From an uncultured Actinomycetota bacterium (lineage in GTDB: Bacteria; Actinomycetota; Actinomycetes; JAHEKZ01), in NCBI GenBank assembly GCA_963718235.1, contig CAVQYR010000001.1, positions 1,024,001 through 1,088,000 of the forward strand: a DNA stretch of 64,000 bases, in the 5' to 3' direction. Both the position numbers and the translations under genes were made by a program. Below the pieces are notes generated by a model. It saw only the letters and a program-made list of their open reading frames with translations. It had not been told where the DNA came from and made no database searches. Of this stretch, positions 55,186-64,000 are shown piece by piece. Within the stretch, counting starts at the first letter, position 1; each line of letters begins with the position of its first letter.

Positions 55186-55487
55186 TCTGCGCGCAGTTCA
55201 TCTTCAAACCAGGTACCTACGACGACGACTTCCACCGACTCGACGCCCAGATCGATCAGTACGCCCGCGGCCTTCCAGGCTTCGAAAGGGTCGAGACCTG
55301 GCAGTCGCCGGAGGGAGACATCGTCAATGCCGTGTACTACTTCACCGACAAGAAGTCACTGGCGCAGCTGAGCCGGTTCCCACAGCATCGCGAGGCCCAA
55401 GGCCAGGTTCGCCGGTGGTACGACGGCTATCGGATTATCGTCAGCGAGATCACTGCAACGTACGGAGATGGTCGACTTCAGGGCTGA
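55182..55487 (+). CDS. Antibiotic biosynthesis monooxygenase (ABM)-domain protein
   Basis: MICAQFIFKPGTYDDDFHRLD...LPGF...HREAQ...WYDGY; AGGAG RBS. Confidence 0.8.
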   Translation: MICAQFIFKPGTYDDDFHRLDAQIDQYARGLPGFERVETWQSPEGDIVNAVYYFTDKKSLAQLSRFPQHREAQGQVRRWYDGYRIIVSEITATYGDGRLQG

Positions 55488-55722
55488 GAGGAGTGTCGAT
55501 CTAGCACGAGGACGTGCGCCGGCAATTGGGAACTGACCGCAACCTGCCGCTGTGCTACACGTCGGGCTGCCGCGGCGCGGTCTGATCTGGTCGTAAATGG
55601 TCAGAACTGCTCGGGTCTGCTTCCGCTTCCTGCCGGATCTACTTCCACAGGGCACTCGCACCCTCCAAACTAGGCAGGGCAACGCGAAAGCGGGGTTTCA
55701 CGCACGTCCTACGGGGGCGGGG

Positions 55723-56058
55723 GGAGGTGCGGAATTCTTTGTGGGAAACCTGTTGGACCCTGCCGCGATCGGTTGGGATCGGGGCGGATCGAGTCTAAGG
55801 GGATGCGTCTGGCGCTCGTTCGGCCCCGATCACGGCGTCAAGGAGGGATTTCGTGGCTCTGAGTGGGCTACCGGGCACGGCTGAGCCAGGCGCGGTATTG
55901 CTGGGGATCGCGGTGGAGTCAGGCAGCCACCGAGGGCGGTAACTGTTGTCGGTCGATCGCGCGTTCCCAGGTGTGGCAGGCCCAGGCGTTCTGGGCGAGT
56001 GCGGCCATCATCACGATGACGGTCTGGTTGTGGAGGCCCCGGGCCGGGGACCGCCGGG
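55723..56058. mobile_element. End of a second related element (TIR-like GGAGGTGCGGAATTC, -10, transposase 3' fragment)
   Basis: Diverged direct repeat of 52674-~53008; encodes GLHNQTVIVMMAALAQNAWACHTWERAIDRQQLPPSVAA* (stop at 55919-55921). Confidence 0.75.
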
Positions 56059-56105
56059 TCAGGCGCAGATGTTGCCGCGCCGGTTCAGCAGAGTGAGGGC
56101 CGATC

Positions 56106-57584
56106 TCAAGCGCTGAGTTCGCGTCGCCGGCGCTCCACGAACTCCTCGAGGGCAAGTCGGGCACCGCCGTCCACGGCGGGCTCCTCGTAGCGGTCCAGTG
56201 CTTCGCGCCACAAGACATCGGCTCGTGCGGCTGCATCGTGCGCTCCGTCACGGGTCCATCTGTCGAAGCTCTTGGTGGTCGCCAGCGCCGGGCGATAGAA
56301 GCAGTCGCGGAAGCGAGCCATCGTGTGCTCTGTTCCGAGGAAGTGGCCGCCATGCCCGACCTCGAGATGTGACTCGAAAGTCAGGCTCGCTTCGTCGACA
56401 GCGATTGGCGTGAACTCCACCCGTAGCCGTTGCAGGAGCTCGATGTCGACGACGAATTTCTCAAAGCTCGCGACAAGTCCGCTCTCCAGCCAACCGGCGG
56501 CGTGAAGCATGACGTTCGCTCCTGAGGCGAACGCAGCGTGATGCATGGTCAGTGCCTCATAGGCAGCCTGCGCGTCCGGAAGTGGGCTCGAGGTAAGGCC
56601 CCCGCCGCCAGCGCGCCACGGCAGGCCGAACCGGCGAGCAAGTTGTCCTGAGCAGAGCAGGCCGATGGCTGACTCAGGGCCGCCGAAGCCGGGAGAACCG
56701 GACTGCATGTCGGTGTGCGAGAGGAACGAGCCCAGCACGACCGGCGCCCCGGAGCGTACAAGCTGCGTGAGCACTGCCCCAGCCAACGCCTCCGCCGTCT
56801 GTTGCACAAGAGAGGCCGCGATGCTGACCGGGCTCATCGCCCCCATGAGGAGGAAGGGCGTGACGAGTACCGCTTGGTTACGCTCGGCGTAGACCTCGAG
56901 TAGATCGACCATGGGAGCGTCGAAGGTAAGCGGGGAGTTCACATTCGCAACGCCGTAAGTCACTGGACCCTGTCGAAGCAGATCCTCTCCGCCGAACGCG
57001 ATGGCTGCCATGTCGAGTCCGTCGGTCGCCTTCTCCCCGCTGAACACTGCACCCAGATGCGGCTTGTCGGACAGAGTCAGGGCGGCAAGCTGCAAATCGA
57101 GGTGTCTGGTCTCGACGGCGAGATCGGAGGGCTCGCAGGGAAGGCCCCCCTGCGAGTCAAGCTCGTCGAACACGTGCGCGAGTTTCAGGAAGCGTTCAGC
57201 ATCGGCCATGGTCGCGTCACGGCGCACGCCATCTTCGCGAACGAATGGTGGACCCGCGATGTTGGAGAACGTCATGAAGTTGTCGCCAACGGTCACGCTT
57301 CTGGCCGGGTTGCGCGCCCTGAGTGTGAAGCTGCTTGGCGCTTGGGCGATGGTCTCGAGCACGAAATCGGGATCGAAGCGGACGACTCCCTCGTCATCGA
57401 CGGACTGCCCGGCCTCGCGGAACCGACGCTGTGCCCCGGCATGGTCGAACCGGACGCCGACCTCGCTCATCAGGCGCCGCCAGCCCTGCTCAAGAGTGGC
57501 CATGGCCTCGCCCGACAATGGCTCGACGGGAGGGGTCCGGTTCTCGAACTGGGTGGCGTTTGTCGAGGATGATTCTGGTGGCAT
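56106..57584 (-). CDS. Trimethylamine methyltransferase (MttB superfamily, non-pyrrolysine)
   Basis: APSSFTLRARNP, NVNSPL, TPFLLMGAMSP, DMQSGSPGFGGPE, DAQAAYE, HAAGWLESGL, GHFLG; no in-frame TAG. Confidence 0.9.
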   Translation of the reverse strand: MPPESSSTNATQFENRTPPVEPLSGEAMATLEQGWRRLMSEVGVRFDHAGAQRRFREAGQSVDDEGVVRFDPDFVLETIAQAPSSFTLRARNPARSVTVGDNFMTFSNIAGPPFVREDGVRRDATMADAERFLKLAHVFDELDSQGGLPCEPSDLAVETRHLDLQLAALTLSDKPHLGAVFSGEKATDGLDMAAIAFGGEDLLRQGPVTYGVANVNSPLTFDAPMVDLLEVYAERNQAVLVTPFLLMGAMSPVSIAASLVQQTAEALAGAVLTQLVRSGAPVVLGSFLSHTDMQSGSPGFGGPESAIGLLCSGQLARRFGLPWRAGGGGLTSSPLPDAQAAYEALTMHHAAFASGANVMLHAAGWLESGLVASFEKFVVDIELLQRLRVEFTPIAVDEASLTFESHLEVGHGGHFLGTEHTMARFRDCFYRPALATTKSFDRWTRDGAHDAAARADVLWREALDRYEEPAVDGGARLALEEFVERRRRELSA

Positions 57585-58399
57585 CACAGACCCGCTAGGA
57601 CTGCTTTGATCTCTGCATTCACTCGGTCGGGTGCGTGGCCATAGAGCGAACAGTGACCGAGTCCCTCGAAGTGGTGGTACGTGCCGTTCTGGGCGAGATC
57701 GGCCACGCGCTTGCAGCCACTGGCAGGCGCTTGCACGTCTTCGGCGAACCCGAACACGTGCATTGGTACCGAACAGCGGGGGAGGCCCTCGGTCTGGTCG
57801 AACGTGCAGCAGGCATCCCACTGGCCGATCAGCGAGTGCTCGTTGTCACCGGTTTCGAGCCACTCCAGCATTGAGCCCCGCAGTTGGGGGTAGAGCTCGG
57901 GGTCACCCAGAACTGCGGATGGGTACAGCGCTGCGAGGTAGTGGCTGACGGCCATCATGCCGGTGAGCTCGCCACCGGCCTTGCGGAACTCGATCTCGGC
58001 TGTCATGTAGTCCAGGATCCAGCCATCGGCCTTCGGAGCTGTGCCCATGGGGATGGCACAGCGGACGAGTTCTGGGAAGTCGATCGCGACCTGTTGGGTG
58101 ATGAGCGCGCCCATCGAGAGCCCGATGACGACGACCGGAGGCTCGCACACAGTGCGAATCAGTTCCGCGGTGTCCTTCGCCATGTCGGCAATAGTCCACG
58201 GCAACGGTGCCTCGCAGATGGTCGCGCCCACCCCACGGTTGTCGAAGACGGTGCTTCGGTACTCGGGGAACGCGGGTACCTGGTCTTGGAGCCACGATGA
58301 GTGCGAATCGCCACCGCCAGAGACCCAGACGATGTCTGGTCCAATCCCGTGTTGCTCGTACGCAATACAGTGCTGGTTGCCAAGATCAAGGGTTTCCAC
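57584..58399 (-). CDS. Alpha/beta hydrolase
   Basis: FDNRGVG, GLSMG nucleophile elbow, GLGH. Confidence 0.85.
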   Translation of the reverse strand: METLDLGNQHCIAYEQHGIGPDIVWVSGGGDSHSSWLQDQVPAFPEYRSTVFDNRGVGATICEAPLPWTIADMAKDTAELIRTVCEPPVVVIGLSMGALITQQVAIDFPELVRCAIPMGTAPKADGWILDYMTAEIEFRKAGGELTGMMAVSHYLAALYPSAVLGDPELYPQLRGSMLEWLETGDNEHSLIGQWDACCTFDQTEGLPRCSVPMHVFGFAEDVQAPASGCKRVADLAQNGTYHHFEGLGHCSLYGHAPDRVNAEIKAVLAGL

Positions 58400-58449
58400 G
58401 ACTGCACTCCCTTCGTCCGTTGGTGTTGGGTCACTTTCGGGTCAACGCG

Positions 58450-60903
58450 TCAGGCTCGCTGGGCAAGTCCTTCGGGGTCGTACGGAGAATCGGCGATCAC
58501 CGTCGCGGGGCGGCGCTCGCCCACGACGTGCACTTCGAGTGAGCTGCAGAGTTCAGTATGGGTACGGTCGACGTAGCCAAGGGCGAGACTCTTGCCTGTG
58601 GTGTGCCCGAAGGCGCCCGAGGTCACAAAGCCAACTCTGCGCTCGCCGTCCCAGACGGGTTCAAACGGGCTTGCATCAGCATCAGAGGTCTCGACGGCAA
58701 GCGTGACGAGTCGCTTCTTGGTACCGGAATCGCGTTCCCGAAGGAGCGCATCCCTGCCGATGAAGCTCGGCTTGGTGAAGTCAACGAATCGATCTAGCCC
58801 GCTCATCCCCGGGGTGTAGCTCCAGGCGAACTCGCGCGACCAAATCCCGTATGACTTCTCGACGCGAAGTGCGTTCGCTGCGTTGAACCCAATGTTCGCG
58901 CAATTTACGCCTTGCTCGCGCAGTCTGGCGGCCGCCTCCCCGATGGTGCGGTGCAGGCCCGGCAACTCGGTAGCGGGCACGTTCAGTTCGTAGCCAAGCT
59001 CTCCGGTGATCGACAGTCGGGCAATTCTGACTCGATGGAGCCCTACGTCGAGAGTCGATGCTCTCATCCGACCGAGCGCTCCGTTGGAGACGTCGTCCTT
59101 CGTCGTGTGGTCCAGAAGATCTCGGGAAGCCGGCCCTGACAACGAAAGGCCAGCGACCGCGTCGGAGATGTCGCGGACGGCGACGCCTCCTGAAGTTGGC
59201 AGTTGCGACTCGAACCAGCGCATGTGCCACGCACGCAGGTAGTAGGAGCCCATGATCCAGAAATCGTCCTCGGCCCAGCACGTGACGGTGAGGTCACCGA
59301 GGAGTCGCCCAGAGTGGCTGACCATTGGGGCGAGCCGCACCGCGCCAGGGGTCGGTATGGCTGACGCCATCAGCTGCTCGAGCCAAGCCCGGGCTCCGGT
59401 ACCGCGTACCTCGTAGCGCGAGAACGCGGTGGTGTCGAGGATTCCGACACCCTCACGGGTGGCGCGTGCCTCCACCCCGACGATGTCGAAGGCGTTGCTG
59501 CGGCGGAGGGTGGGCTCTTCGACGAAGCCAGGGTCGTCCGGCACGAAGTACAGCGGCACTTCAAGGCCCCAGCTGGCTCCCCATTGAGCGCCGGCTTCGT
59601 CCAGAGCGCCGTGTAGGGCTGACATCTTCAAGGGCCGACCGGCCGGCAGCTGCTCGTTGGGGTAGGTCATCACGAAGCGACGCTTGTAGAACTGCGCTGT
59701 CGTCGCTTCGAGGTACCCGGTGCTGCTCGCGAAGTCACCGAAGCGGGCGACATCCATACCGAACACATCACCCGAGGGCTCGCCGTCGACCATCCATTCT
59801 GCAAGCGATAGGCCGACCCCGCCGCCTTGGCTGAAGCCGGCCATAACACCGCACGCAACCCAGAAGCCTGGAGCACCGCGGACGGGGCCGACGAGCGGGT
59901 TTCCGTCGGGGGTGAAGGTGAAAGCGCCGTTGACCCACTTGCGGATACCTACGCCCTCCATGCACGGGTAACGCTGGAGCCCGATGGCGAGCTCGGGTGA
60001 GATGCGCTCCACATCTTCAGGCAGCAGCTCGACGCCGAAGTCCCACGGTGCGCCTTCCACCATCCAGTGGCGAGGGTCGAGCTCGTAGACACCGAGCAGC
60101 AAGCCCTCACCTTCCTGGCGTGCATAGGTGAACCCTTCGAGGTCGACCGTGAGCGGCATTGTCTTGGCAAGGGCAGCGACCTCAGGGATGGCTTCGGTTA
60201 CCAGGTAGTGGTGCTCCATCGGCGTCACCGGAAGGTCGACACCGGCCATTCGACCGACCTTGCGGGCCCAGAGCCCGCCAGCGTTCACGACGTGATCGGC
60301 TGTGATCGTGCCGTGCTCGGTAACGACCTCCCACGTGCCGGAAGGGCGTGGCCTCAGTTCCACAACACGGTTGTGCAGCGAGATCTCCGCTCCACGGTTG
60401 CGCGCTGAGGCCGCGTAGGCGTAGGTGACCCCCGAGCAGTCGAGGTGACCTTCGTTGTCGTCGTACAAACCGCCGTAGATTCCGGTTACGTCGACCAGCG
60501 GGTTCATCGCGTGGATCTCGTCCGGTGAAAGGAGACGAACCGTCTCGATCCCGACCGTCTGAAACACGGCCCACTGCGACTTGAGCCACTCCCATCGCTC
60601 GGGAGTGCCGGCCAAGTTGATGCCGCCAGTCATGTGCAGGCCGCACGACTGACCCGACTCTCCCTCAAGCTCCTGGTAGAGGCCGATTGTGTATGCCTGA
60701 AGTGCAGCCACGTTTGGGTCGCCGTTGAGCGCGTGGAACCCACCTGCTGCGTGCCAGGTGGACCCTGCGGTGAGTTCTGACCTTTCGACAAGCAGGACGT
60801 CGGTCCAGCCGAGTTTGGCGAGGTGGTAGAGCACGCTGACCCCGACAACCCCGCCGCCGATGACGACTGCGCGGTAGTGGTTGCTCTTCATCGTCGTGTG
60901 CAC
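58450..60903 (-). CDS. Dimethylglycine/sarcosine dehydrogenase-like flavoprotein (DAO + GcvT domains)
   Basis: VIGGGVVG, LTAGSTWHAAG, NGAFTFTPDGNPLVGP, SITGELGYE, LRVEKSY, VTSGAFGH. Confidence 0.9.
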   Translation of the reverse strand: MHTTMKSNHYRAVVIGGGVVGVSVLYHLAKLGWTDVLLVERSELTAGSTWHAAGGFHALNGDPNVAALQAYTIGLYQELEGESGQSCGLHMTGGINLAGTPERWEWLKSQWAVFQTVGIETVRLLSPDEIHAMNPLVDVTGIYGGLYDDNEGHLDCSGVTYAYAASARNRGAEISLHNRVVELRPRPSGTWEVVTEHGTITADHVVNAGGLWARKVGRMAGVDLPVTPMEHHYLVTEAIPEVAALAKTMPLTVDLEGFTYARQEGEGLLLGVYELDPRHWMVEGAPWDFGVELLPEDVERISPELAIGLQRYPCMEGVGIRKWVNGAFTFTPDGNPLVGPVRGAPGFWVACGVMAGFSQGGGVGLSLAEWMVDGEPSGDVFGMDVARFGDFASSTGYLEATTAQFYKRRFVMTYPNEQLPAGRPLKMSALHGALDEAGAQWGASWGLEVPLYFVPDDPGFVEEPTLRRSNAFDIVGVEARATREGVGILDTTAFSRYEVRGTGARAWLEQLMASAIPTPGAVRLAPMVSHSGRLLGDLTVTCWAEDDFWIMGSYYLRAWHMRWFESQLPTSGGVAVRDISDAVAGLSLSGPASRDLLDHTTKDDVSNGALGRMRASTLDVGLHRVRIARLSITGELGYELNVPATELPGLHRTIGEAAARLREQGVNCANIGFNAANALRVEKSYGIWSREFAWSYTPGMSGLDRFVDFTKPSFIGRDALLRERDSGTKKRLVTLAVETSDADASPFEPVWDGERRVGFVTSGAFGHTTGKSLALGYVDRTHTELCSSLEVHVVGERRPATVIADSPYDPEGLAQRA

Positions 60904-60930
60904 CTCGTCGGTTTGCTTTACGGGATGTGT

Positions 60931-62469
60931 CTACTCAGGCGCCAGATCCAGAGTGGCGATTTCGTCGAGTGTGGGGGAGTGGCCATCGAACGCCACTGAG
61001 TCCCAGGCCATTCGCTCCTCTGCAAGGGGATCATCCTCGAGGTGACTCTCGAGGTCGAGGATCATCGTGGTGCGACCGGGAAGGGTATAGGCCGGCCAAG
61101 GTGGAAGCTTCTGGTTGTTTGGGTTACCGGTCCGCGCGAACTCGGCCCAGGTGTGCTGAACCACATCGCCCAGAGCGTGTCTGTCGGGATCGGCGCCCAC
61201 CCGTCGGATCGCGTAGGGGGTTTCAAGCGTGCCGAAGATGAAGGGGATCTCGGTCATGTGCGCGGCCTTGTATCCGTCGGCCGTCGAGCGATAGGACCAG
61301 AGGTACACGTAGGTCGGCGCAGTCTTCATCATGTGCTCGGCGAGACGCAGTTCAGGCATTCGCAGAACAACGTCACCGAGCAGTCGGATCAACGAGTCTT
61401 CGTACTCAACTCCAGAGCGCCCTTGGAAGTAGGCCCGTTCGATCCCCTCCCATTCCTCGTCGTTGAACAGGCCGCGCCAACACTCGCGGAGGGAGTTGGG
61501 TTTGACCTCCGCCAGACGCATCTCCCACATCGCTGAGAACAAGCGCAACTCGTCGAGGTTTGAGCCAATCATCAAGGGGACATGCGCCTGCTCACCCAGG
61601 GTAAACGTCTCCAACGTGGTCTGCGCCAAGGTGACGCCGTCAACGACAGGCACGAAGACGAAGTCGGCCGCGCCCTCCTCGAGGAGTCGGTCCTGTGCTT
61701 CGAGTAGTGCCTCCATGGACATCGCTCGTAGCTCCTCCACCGCCCCGACCCCGGCTAGCTCCATGAACTTGCCGGCCACGTCGGCCGCCCGCTCGGGCTG
61801 CGCGCACAGGGTGGGACAACCACTCTGGTGGATTGCCCGGTGGAACAGTCCCCGAGCCTGCGGCATGCACATGAGCGTGGACACCGAGTCTGCACCACTT
61901 GAGTTCCCGAAGATCGTCACGTTGTCAGGATCGCCACCGAAGGCGGCGATGTTGTCGCGAACCCACTCCAAGGCCGCTACTTGATCGAGGAAGCCATGGT
62001 TGCCGCTCTGCTCATAACCGGGACCAGCTATGTCAGCGAGATGAAGGAAGCCGAAGACGCCGAGGCGGTACTGAACGGTAACGACAACGACATCTTCACG
62101 GGCGGCGAGAGAAGTACCGTCGATGTCGGAGTCGCGGGCTCCCCAGACGTAGAGGGATCCGCCGTGCAGCCACACCATCACCGGTCGGCGACCGTCATCG
62201 GTCGCTGGAGTCCAGACGTTGATTGTCAGCGAATCCTCGGAGATGAACTCTTCATTGCCGGTGTTCGCGCCGTCGGGCGGCTGGGGGCACTGGGGGCCAA
62301 ACTCGCGGCAGTCGCGAACACCCTTCCATGGCTCGGGAGGTTCGGGGGGGCGAAATCGCAGCCCTCCCACTGGCGGCCGAGCGTACGGGATGTTTCGGAA
62401 CGCGAGGGCCGCACCTTCTTCGACACCGCGGATGACTCCTGCCTGGGTGTTCGCCTGTACAACGGTCAT
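60931..62469 (-). CDS. Carboxylesterase type B
   Basis: IPYARPPVGGLRF, VWLHGG, YRLGVFGF, FGGDPDNVTIFGNSSG. Confidence 0.9.
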   Translation of the reverse strand: MTVVQANTQAGVIRGVEEGAALAFRNIPYARPPVGGLRFRPPEPPEPWKGVRDCREFGPQCPQPPDGANTGNEEFISEDSLTINVWTPATDDGRRPVMVWLHGGSLYVWGARDSDIDGTSLAAREDVVVVTVQYRLGVFGFLHLADIAGPGYEQSGNHGFLDQVAALEWVRDNIAAFGGDPDNVTIFGNSSGADSVSTLMCMPQARGLFHRAIHQSGCPTLCAQPERAADVAGKFMELAGVGAVEELRAMSMEALLEAQDRLLEEGAADFVFVPVVDGVTLAQTTLETFTLGEQAHVPLMIGSNLDELRLFSAMWEMRLAEVKPNSLRECWRGLFNDEEWEGIERAYFQGRSGVEYEDSLIRLLGDVVLRMPELRLAEHMMKTAPTYVYLWSYRSTADGYKAAHMTEIPFIFGTLETPYAIRRVGADPDRHALGDVVQHTWAEFARTGNPNNQKLPPWPAYTLPGRTTMILDLESHLEDDPLAEERMAWDSVAFDGHSPTLDEIATLDLAPE

Positions 62470-62485
62470 CGGTTGAACCTCGCAG

Positions 62486-63612
62486 TCATGCGGACATCAT
62501 GTCGCGGTAGGCGGCGAGGAAGAGTCCCAGCAGCGGCTCTCGCGAGACACTGTTGGGGCCGGGTGCATACGCCGAGGACTGCACCCCCCTCTGGTTACGC
62601 TCGACAAGTTCGACGTCCTCTTCGTTGGTGACATCCCAAGTTTTGGTCAGGAGGGCGGTGTCGTAGTCGGCTCCCTCTTGGGCATCCTCGTGTACAAAGA
62701 ATGTCGTGGTGAATCGCGAGCGATCGACCGTCATAGGGCGAACGGTGTGAACGATCCCGTAGTCGTGCCAGAACTGGACGTAGGACAGTGCTGGCTGAAT
62801 ACCGAAGCCGATGCTTGCCAGGGCTTCCGCGGACGTCGGATCACCGCGGTAGATCAGTTTGCGGCAGACGTACTCGCCATCTGGTGACAGTGTCTTCGCG
62901 CCCAGGCCGGGGTTCAAACCTCCGGGTACCAGTCTTGGGGCTCCGGAAAGGTCCCCGGCACCTTCCTCGAAGATCTGGCGAAGATCGACCACTCGAAGCA
63001 GATCCTTATGGTTCGAACCACAGTGGTAGCACTCGTTGTAGTTCTCGGCGACGAGTTCCAGTTGGCTTTCACCTCGAGATCATGGACCGCCGCAATCTTC
63101 GTCTTGCGAACGTCGAATGCGGCGAAGTCCTCGCCCACTAGAGCGTCGAGTTGCGGACCCAGCGGTTCGGCAGCTGGGTCAAGGTTGACGAAGACCAGGC
63201 CGTTCCAGTCGCAGACCGAGTATTGGCGCAGACCGAACTCGGAGAACTTCATGTAGGCGCCGTCGACAGTCCCAGGCACATTCCGCAGAGTTCCGTCGAG
63301 CTCGTAGCTCCATTGGTGATAGGGGCAGACAATTCCCGTGGAGCGGCCGCAAACGTCGTCCGTCAGCTGAGATCCACGGTGACGGCAGACGTTGGCCAGG
63401 GCATGCAGTTGACAGTCGGCCCCCAGCGTGACAAGCACGGGATCGCAGCCGACCGACGACGTGACGAAGTCGCCAGGTTCGCGCAACTGTGATCGGTGAG
63501 CAAGGTACAGCCACTGCTTTCGGAAGATGACTTGCATCTCCCGAGCAAGGCGTTCGGGCGAGACGTACTCCTCCCGTTCGAGACTTCGGAAGGGAACCGG
63601 CTCGGGTGTCAT
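62486..63612 (-). pseudogene. Rieske oxygenase alpha subunit (betaine/choline/stachydrine-type), 1-nt deletion near 63055
   Basis: NVCRHRG...CPYHQWSY Rieske motif; ANW[K]LVAENYNECYHCGSNH mononuclear-iron motif restored by a shift; EDVELVERNQRG. Confidence 0.8.
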
Positions 63613-63641
63613 GTCTATCTCCTGGTTGTAGCTCGGATTTC

Positions 63642-64000
63642 CTACTGCGCTAGCGGTGCGGTCTGGATCTGTAGCGTCCGGCCGAGGGCGTAGTAGGGGG
63701 CCGCATCGCTGGTCGCAACCGCCGTGAGCACGTAGTCCGAGAGGTTGGCGAACAAGGCGTCCGTGTCGAACTGCGCTGTCACCGCGGCTGTTGCGGTGGT
63801 CAACTCTTCGTCTGTCTTCGCCGACTGGATCTGCTCGACCAGCTTCTTTCCCTTGGCCGAGTCCACGCCCGAAAAGCAAGAGAGCAGGCCGTAGTCGTAG
63901 TCGTAGCAGTAGGTCGGCAGCCCGTCGGAGAGGTCGGTAAGGCTGCCCGTGAAGTTCATGGCCATCTCATAGTTCATGGTGAATACCCGGTCGTTGAGGG
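63642..64000 (-). CDS. 3' end of a probable ABC transporter substrate-binding protein (partial)
   Basis: Open frame running off the window edge, upstream of the Rieske gene; product inferred only from weak similarity and context. Confidence 0.4.
   Translation of the reverse strand, partial: LNDRVFTMNYEMAMNFTGSLTDLSDGLPTYCYDYDYGLLSCFSGVDSAKGKKLVEQIQSAKTDEELTTATAAVTAQFDTDALFANLSDYVLTAVATSDAAPYYALGRTLQIQTAPLAQ

Larger units (their letters stand above)
52674..55709. mobile_element. Non-autonomous cargo-carrying transposon inserted at the 5' end of tRNA-Arg
   Basis: TIR GGACGTGCG at 52674-52682 and CGCACGTCC at 55701-55709; flanking direct repeat TACGGGGGCG at 52664-52673 and 55710-55719; transposase-like remnant inside. 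Confidence 0.75.

Noticed and set aside
54318-55487. PaiB-ABM fusion protein (389 aa)
   Set aside because: It is created by the frameshift near 55045; the ABM gene has its own RBS and ATG at 55182.
55510-55709. 200-bp MITE formed by an internal GGACGTGCG (55510-55518) and the right TIR
   Set aside because: No target duplication flanks 55510; it is more likely chance or a subterminal binding site of the larger element.
37852-57584. Selenocysteine in the hydrogenase or pyrrolysine in MttB
   Set aside because: Both hydrogenase CxxC motifs use ordinary Cys codons, and the MttB frame has no internal TAG.

Overview
High-GC actinomycete chromosome segment. About 52 kb is core-type sequence: tyrosine catabolism (Lrp regulator, hppD, fahA, hmgA), pncAB, clpS-DUF2017-mec-cysO-cysM, murI-MBL-rph-rdgB, four tRNAs (Leu, Lys, His, Arg), bcp with a metal ABC transporter and orphan groES, a group 3b NiFe hydrogenase operon and a hypoxia-type cluster (Acg, USP, ADH, P-type ATPase). 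The last ~11 kb is a visibly less GC-rich accessory region. The most striking signal is a 3,036-bp element (52674-55709). It has 9-bp terminal inverted repeats (GGACGTGCG) and a perfect 10-bp target-site duplication (TACGGGGGCG) that overlaps the 5' end of tRNA-Arg(TCT). It carries a DDE-like transposase remnant, an outward -10 that could drive the tRNA, and four cargo genes. A second related element end follows directly and leads into a betaine/methylamine-catabolism island. Other notable items: a CysO with a tandem Gly-Gly repeat tail, two unannotated paralogous small proteins (one behind a sigma28/WhiG-like promoter), a PafBC plus LexA dual promoter on a DUF222-HNH gene, and many single-base frameshifts that may be assembly errors. 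All calls come from reading the sequence; no database searches were run.
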